A stretch of 64,000 bases of DNA. It comes from Vulcanimicrobiota bacterium (lineage in GTDB: Bacteria > Vulcanimicrobiota > Vulcanimicrobiia > Vulcanimicrobiales > Vulcanimicrobiaceae). The DNA is taken from the NCBI GenBank assembly GCA_963812155.1, contig CAWETW010000003.1, forward strand, positions 768,001 to 832,000, written 5' to 3'. Below the pieces are notes generated by a model. The model had not been told where the DNA came from. It searched no databases and worked only from the letters and a program-made list of their open reading frames with translations. Below, one piece after another: positions 58,692-64,000 of this stretch. Numbering within the stretch: position 1 is the first letter of the stretch; each line of letters begins with the position of its first letter. The position numbers were made by a program, and so were the translations under genes.

Positions 58692-59467
58692 CGGCGCAAT
58701 CGCGTCTGCGGGTCGTCGCCATCGGGTCGAGCGCGTCGGTGCAGCGCCCGGGCCGTGCCTGCAGCGCCTATCTCGTGCAGACGCCGTCCACATCGGTGCT
58801 GTTCGACGCCGGCAGCGGCGCCATCGGCAACCTTCAGTTGGCGATCGAGTATCACGCCCTCGACGGGCTCGTCGTCTCGCACATGCACGCCGACCATTTC
58901 CTCGACCTCGTACCGCTGCGGTACGGGCTCACGTACGGTCCGCTACGACGCGCAAGCCGGATGCCGGTGTGGCTGCCTCCCGGCGGAATCCGGAAACTGC
59001 AACCGATCGCGGCGGCGTTCGACGGCGAGGGGGTCGAGTTTTTCGAGAGCGTTTTCGACGTCGCCGAATACGAGCCGGATGCACTCCTACGCATCGGCGA
59101 TCTCGCCGTGTCGTTTGCGCCGGCGCTCCATTACGTCGAGGCGTATGCGATTCGTGTCGAAGCCGGCGGTGCGTCGTTCGCATATTCGGGCGACACCGCG
59201 CCGTGCGACGCGGTGGTCGAACACGCGCGCGATGCGTCCTTGTTTCTGTGCGAGGCGACGTTGGCGCTCGGCTCCGAACCCGAACCGCGCGGCCATTGCT
59301 CGGCGCGTGAAGCCGGTGACATGGCGCGACGCGCCAACGCGCGTTCGCTTGCGCTAACGCACTACCACGCGGATGCCGACGCCGCCGCACTCGTCGAAGC
59401 GGCACGCGCCGAGTTTGCCGGCGACGTGGTTGCCGTCGACGACGGTATGGAGTTTATCCTCGCGTAA
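58682..59467 (+). CDS. MBL-fold metallo-hydrolase (RNase Z/YhfI-like); start codon uncertain
   Basis: CSAYL, DAGSG, SHMHADH, YSGDT, LCEAT, LTH. Confidence 0.85.
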   Translation: MALTAQSRLRVVAIGSSASVQRPGRACSAYLVQTPSTSVLFDAGSGAIGNLQLAIEYHALDGLVVSHMHADHFLDLVPLRYGLTYGPLRRASRMPVWLPPGGIRKLQPIAAAFDGEGVEFFESVFDVAEYEPDALLRIGDLAVSFAPALHYVEAYAIRVEAGGASFAYSGDTAPCDAVVEHARDASLFLCEATLALGSEPEPRGHCSAREAGDMARRANARSLALTHYHADADAAALVEAARAEFAGDVVAVDDGMEFILA

Positions 59468-59512
59468 GGGTTTAATCGCGTAAAGCAACAACGTCGAGTC
59501 GTTGCCAAGAAG

Positions 59513-59541
59513 CGAGCCGCCCGCGGTTTGCGAGCGGCTCG
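59513..59541. terminator. GC-rich hairpin between convergent genes
   Basis: CGAGCCGC...GCGGCTCG inverted repeat without a clear U-tract. Confidence 0.4.
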
Positions 59542-59645
59542 ACGTAGTGCTATGCGCGGGGCTTATCGCCTTACGAGTGTCTCGAGGGTAGGAGATTCGA
59601 CGTAACAACGTCTTAGTGTTAATCCGCTCCGCCGGAGGAACTGAC

Positions 59646-60564
59646 CTAGAACGATACGTGCGGCGGCTTACATATGCCAGCGCTGACTGGGCATGTCGCC
59701 AGGCTATAGGGGCCACTACCGGTCGCAAACGGCGACCCAGATGTCGGTGTCAGCACGCCGCTGCTTGGGTCGACGCTGTACGCGGAAATATTGTTGGAGC
59801 CTTGGTTGGTTACATAGACGAACTTGCCCCCACGAGTGACTGTCACCCCGACGGGATTGGTGCCCGCAGCAAACGGCGACCCGGATGTCTGCGTCAGCGC
59901 GCCGCTGGTAACATCGATGGTATACGCATACACGCTGCCAGGGCTATTATCGGTCACGTAGAGAAATTTGCCCCCCGGAGCGACTGCCACGTTATCGGGA
60001 TTGCCGCCCGCTGCAAACGGCGATCCAGATATCTCCGTCGGCTTACCGGTGCTTTGATTGATGTGAAAGGCCGACACGGTAGGACCGTTCCAGTCGGTCA
60101 CATAGAGGAACTTACCGTTAGGATCGACTGCCACCCCGGTCGGCCTGTTGCCCGCCGCAAAGGGCGAGCCGGCTATCGGCGTTAGCGCGCCGCTGGACTG
60201 GTTTATTGTGTAGGCGGATAGTCCTTGACCGAAGTTTGCAACGTAAACAAACTTGCCCTTAGGATCGACTGTAACGCTTAAGGGGTGCCGCTACCCGTCG
60301 CAAACGGCGAACCGGATACTTGCGTTAGCCCACGTTGGTCGCATTGATCGCGTATGGCAGAGACGGTGCCGTCACTGGTTGGTCACGGACGCACCTGCCG
60401 GAGGGATTCGATTGGGACGTGCCGGAACAACCGGCGAGAATAACGAGGGTTGAGGCGACAACCGCTGCACCTATTCGAGAGTGCATATTTTTTCCGCTTA
60501 AGCGCAACGACGCCAAGCCACGTACGGGTCCAGTTGGGACCACACGATACGCGAACTGTTTCAT
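59646..60564 (-). CDS. Lactonase-type beta-propeller lipoprotein, multiple frameshifts (starts at ATG 60564 or 60486)
   Basis: Lipobox LAGC; repeated SGALT..SGSPFA.G..P..V.V.P.GKF.YV units. Confidence 0.75.
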
Positions 60565-60716
60565 GAGAGCTCCCTTCGGGGCGGAAGACCCGAGGCGTAC
60601 ACGGCCCAGTGTCCCCGCTCACGTATCCCATGATGGGCCTAGCGAACAGTATCCGGGACGGACACTTGGACAACTGACTTGGACAAGTCGTGCTCTCACC
60701 GGCGAGGCGACGGAGG
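60422..60716 (-). repeat. ~295-bp duplicated promoter/leader/signal-peptide cassette, copy 1
   Basis: Near-identical to 61805..62098. Confidence 0.95.
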
Positions 60717-60897
60717 CGGGGACCCCGACTACGCTCACACTCACAACTGCAGGCACTCCTCGAATACGCGTGCTCGGGTCAAGGTGCTCCCTTCTTGAAC
60801 CGCGGCGTGACTGCGGGTTGAGCTGCGATTTCAGCGGCGTTTGCACGTGAGTACTTGCCGCGCAATTTCCGAGCGCTAAAGGGCGACAAGGTAAGAA

Positions 60898-61947
60898 TCA
60901 TGCCGAATTGCGATTCCACCGGGCTGTGAGACCGGTTTTTCGTCCCTTTATCTCGTTGACGGCGTTCCGTTTGCGCCGGCGTCGCGTAAATGTCGCATTG
61001 TCGAGGTTCGAGACGTACAGGTTGTCGCTGCCGTCCAGGGCAACGCCATATGGGTCGAGTTTCGTAGCGCCGCCCTTGATCCTTCGAATCGGCCTGACGT
61101 TCCCCGTCGCCCCGGCAGCATAAACCGTGACACTGTAGGCACTACTGCTGTAGTTGTTCACGTAGATATTGAGGCTGGAGTCTAGGGCGACTTGATAGGG
61201 CTCTCCCAACTGGGTGCGGGTGCCGATGATGGTATGCATGGGTGCGACGTTGCCTACGCTACCCGCGGCGTACACGGTTATCGAGCTGTTGTTGAGGTTT
61301 GGAACATAGATGTTTCCGCTCGTGTCGAAAACCAGTCCGGAAGGAACGTCGAGCCCAGTGTTCGAGCCTGCAATGGTCCCGATCGGCGCGGCATCGCCGT
61401 TCGCTCCCGGGGCGTAGATTGTCACGCTGTTGTCGCCTCTGTTCGTGACGTAAAGGTCCCCATTCAATGGGTCCAGGCGACGCCAGCCGGGATGTTCAAT
61501 CCAGTGTCCGGGCCGGTGATCGTCCGCACCGGTGTGGCGGCACCCGTCGCACCCGCCGCAAAGACCGTCACGCTGTTGCCGTTGTAGTTCGATACGTACA
61601 TGTTACCGCTGGCATCTACCGCAACAGCGTCGGGGCCATTGACTCCTGAGCCGGTGACGTGTTGTACCGGTTTCGCGTTCCCGGTAGCGGCCGCCTCATA
61701 GACGGTTATTCCGTCGTTAAAATTGGCGACGTAGGCACGGGCACACCGGACTGTGCCTGCCACTACTGGCTTGCACCTGCGGAGTGATACTCGATTGCGG
61801 CTGACCGGAACAGCCGGCAAAAATAACGACGGCTAAAGCGACAACCGCTGCGCCTATTCGTGAGTGCATACTTCCTCCGTTTAAGCGCAACGACGCCAAG
61901 CCACGTACGGGTCCAGTTGGGACCACACGATACGCGGACTGTTTCAT
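60898..61947 (-). CDS. NHL-repeat beta-propeller lipoprotein, frameshifted (starts at ATG 61947 or 61869)
   Basis: Lipobox FAGC; repeated D.SGN.YV.N....S.TVYA.GA.G...P..TI.G..TGL..P units. Confidence 0.78.
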
Positions 61948-62098
61948 GAGAGCTCCCTTCGGGGCGGAAGACCCGAGACGCACACGGCCCAGTGTCCCCG
62001 CTCACGTATCGATGATGGGCCTACCGAACAGTATCCGGAACGGACACTTGGACAACTGACTTGGACAAGTCGTGCTCTCACCGGCGAGGCGACGGAGG
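61805..62098 (-). repeat. ~295-bp duplicated promoter/leader/signal-peptide cassette, copy 2
   Basis: Near-identical to 60422..60716. Confidence 0.95.
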
Positions 62099-62127
62099 TC
62101 GGGCCCCCCCGCCACCTCAGTAAAACG

Positions 62128-62154
62128 AAAAAAAGAGCCCGCCGTGGCGAGCTC
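62128..62154 (-). terminator. Rho-independent terminator
   Basis: Minus strand GAGCTCGC-CACG-GCGGGCTC followed by seven T. Confidence 0.8.
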
Positions 62155-62260
62155 GTTGCCCGATTCAGAGCAAATGCGCTTACGGGTTGTAGTTCTTGCT
62201 GTCGAAGCCGGTCGCGATAGAGCGGATTCTGGAGCGAGCGTTGGCCTCGCCGGACCAACG

Positions 62261-63212
62261 CTACTGGCTAATGCCGATGCCTATGAGTTCGTAACCCGAC
62301 GGCAGCGTGACAGAGTTGAGGAGCGCGCCGGTGGAGTAGTTGTAGAGATCGATCGTAGGCAAGTTACGGTTTGTCACCACCACCTTTTGTCCCAACACGT
62401 CGTGGAACGGAACCTCCACTGCTCCGGAAGCGAGCCGTGCCAAGGTGTGACCGTTCGGTTTTACCTGCAAGATTTTGGCGGCGCCAACCCGTCGCCGATG
62501 ATCAGGTTGTTATGCCCGTCCGATGGGCGATGCCGCGGGGACGACAATCGTCGCCTGGAGCGTGACCGGCACCATAGGCCCGAGCGGTTCGTGTGGCTGA
62601 TCTCTGCGTAACCCGAAAAGGAACCATCGAGCCAAAAGTTTCCGCTCGGATCGTAACCGCGACCCACATGTTGTCCGCGCCGATCGAACACGTTCGCGGC
62701 AACGAAATTCGGGCTGCCGGCGGTATCGTTAAGGAAGATCGCGACATTGAGGCCGGTCGTCACCGCGAGATTGCCCGTGGTCGGATCGACCGCGCACGAG
62801 CATCGGAGCCGTTGAGCCGAGGCTCAGCGACGTAAACGGAGTTGTAGCGCCGTGATGATAACCGACGACGCTGTTAAAGCCGTCGGCACGCTCAACGGCG
62901 TAGATGTCGCCATTTGCGCCGTCGACGCACAATCCGTACGGTGCGAGGTCTTCAATCACTCCGGCCGGATTCAGTGACGGATAGTGATAGACGAGGATTA
63001 GACCATTGATGTAGTCGGTTACCGGATCCGAGAGCTGCAGAGTGCTGGGTGGTATCCAGACTTTAGCCGTGACGCGGGCTTGACGATCGCCGATGCCGGC
63101 AATTGTCTGACTGAGGGAGCAAGCGGTGACGAGGTATCGCCGTTACACCCCGCCATCGCCAAAGGCGACGCAAGCGTTGCGCAAACGCGCCACGCAGGCG
63201 AGAGGTTCTCAT
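62261..63212 (-). CDS. Hypothetical beta-propeller-like lipoprotein, heavily frameshifted
   Basis: GGAG RBS and ATG at 63212, lipobox MAGC; fragments PYGLCVDG, VDPTTG, YDPSGNFWLDG. Confidence 0.55.
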
Positions 63213-63351
63213 GTTCGATTCTCCAATCTCTCACTCGTGATGGGTGCACCCTAGACCAGCGGCGAGATTGTCCGGCGCACTCGTTCATAGACTAGCGGCC
63301 TCGCACTCACGCTTCTGGTCCGTCCGGCGACCCAGCTGCCCGAAAGGGAAA

Positions 63352-63888
63352 TCAGTTTTCCGTTTTGGGGTCGCTGCGGGGAAGCGAGAAGTGCAGCAGC
63401 GACGGAATCGGCGCAAGGCCGCGGCTGATGACGGCAAACGGCGTCGTGCGAAGGCCTAGTTTTTCGAGACGGTCGACGGCCTCGAGCATTTGGCGGCCGT
63501 TGGTGACGACGTCCTCGAGCAAAAGCACGTGCTGTCCGGCGGCGTAGGGTCCCTCGACGTACTCGTTGACGTAGGCGCCGTAGCGTTTGGGCTGCTTGCG
63601 CACGGCAATCATTGGGATGCCGGCGAGTTGCGAGACGGCCGTCGCGATGACGACGCCGCCCAGTTCGGTGCCGCCGATGATGTCGGGATTGAGCTCGGCG
63701 ATGACCGGCGTAAAGAGCCGCGCGATGCGCCGCAGCACGTTCGGATCGGCGAAGAGCGAGAACTTATCGATGTAGTAATCGCTGCGCACCCCGCCCGACA
63801 GTACGTAGTCGCCGCGCATCAACGCGCGTTCGACGATGATCTTCCTGAGCCAAACGAGTTCCGGCAGCGGGCGATCCGGCCTCAACAT
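63352..63888 (-). CDS. Orotate phosphoribosyltransferase-like type I PRTase
   Basis: GDYVLSGG.RSDYYIDK, GTELGGV, VRKQPK, LLLEDVVT. Confidence 0.8.
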   Translation of the reverse strand: MLRPDRPLPELVWLRKIIVERALMRGDYVLSGGVRSDYYIDKFSLFADPNVLRRIARLFTPVIAELNPDIIGGTELGGVVIATAVSQLAGIPMIAVRKQPKRYGAYVNEYVEGPYAAGQHVLLLEDVVTNGRQMLEAVDRLEKLGLRTTPFAVISRGLAPIPSLLHFSLPRSDPKTEN

Positions 63889-63895
63889 GGATTCC

Positions 63896-64000
63896 TTAGA
63901 TGCTCCACTGCCACGCGTTCCACGATTCGAGCACCGGGTTCGGGTCAAAGCCTTTGAAGTCGACGCTGATGGGCTCCATTTGACGCGTCCACCAGAAGAA
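63896..64000 (-). CDS. C-terminus of a probable peptide ABC transporter substrate-binding protein (truncated by the window edge)
   Basis: Open frame FFWWTRQMEPISVDFKGFDPNPVLESWNAWQWSI*, resembling the W-N-x-x-x-W end of family 5 substrate-binding proteins. Confidence 0.55.
   Translation of the reverse strand, partial: FFWWTRQMEPISVDFKGFDPNPVLESWNAWQWSI

Noticed and set aside
59480..59625. Integron attC site or tmRNA 5' end (GGAGATTCGAC)
   Set aside because: The RYYYAAC/GTTRRRY boxes do not match properly, there is no integrase, and no tmRNA acceptor stem or 3' T-arm is present.
59646..61760. CRISPR array or DGR template/variable repeats
   Set aside because: The periodicity comes from protein-level beta-propeller repeats. 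There are no identical repeats with unique spacers, no reverse transcriptase or cas gene, and differences between cassette copies are not adenine-specific.
62178..62235. Possible remnant C-terminus of a lost gene (..IATGFDSKNYNP*) before the terminator
   Set aside because: Too short to support, with no start codon or recognisable family.

Overview
High-GC bacterial chromosomal window that is mostly housekeeping and metabolic genes. The gene repertoire and the expanded secreted beta-propeller lipoproteins are reminiscent of Candidatus Eremiobacterota/Vulcanimicrobiota, but this is an impression and not a classification. From left to right it holds: a BKACE/Kce enzyme, oppB plus two tandem oppC paralogs, tRNA-Leu(GAG), an RND transporter, an M1 aminopeptidase, dacB, tldD/tldE, a malic enzyme, a type III PKS with a methyltransferase, trxB, pepP, a YtpB-like terpene cyclase, glcD/glcE, a NamZ-like hydrolase, mqnD/mqnB, queE/queD, a 2-oxoacid dehydrogenase cluster with two E1-alpha genes, ETF-QO, thiO/thiS/thiG and bcp. 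An accessory block at about 59.6-63.2 kb encodes three beta-propeller lipoproteins. Many conserved genes are split by single-base indels, most likely long-read assembly errors. No CRISPR array, integrase, transposase or prophage was seen. The most interesting non-routine structures are: (1) a ~295-bp promoter+leader+signal-peptide cassette duplicated in front of two different beta-propeller lipoproteins, with the upstream leader more conserved than the signal-peptide coding part; (2) a REP-like palindromic element found intergenically and inserted in frame into the NamZ-like gene; (3) a tRNA-Leu trailer carrying both inverted and direct copies of the tRNA 3' half; (4) an RCK channel-like protein whose selectivity filter is replaced by a CxxC segment; (5) several apparent pseudo-enzymes and non-canonical start codons.
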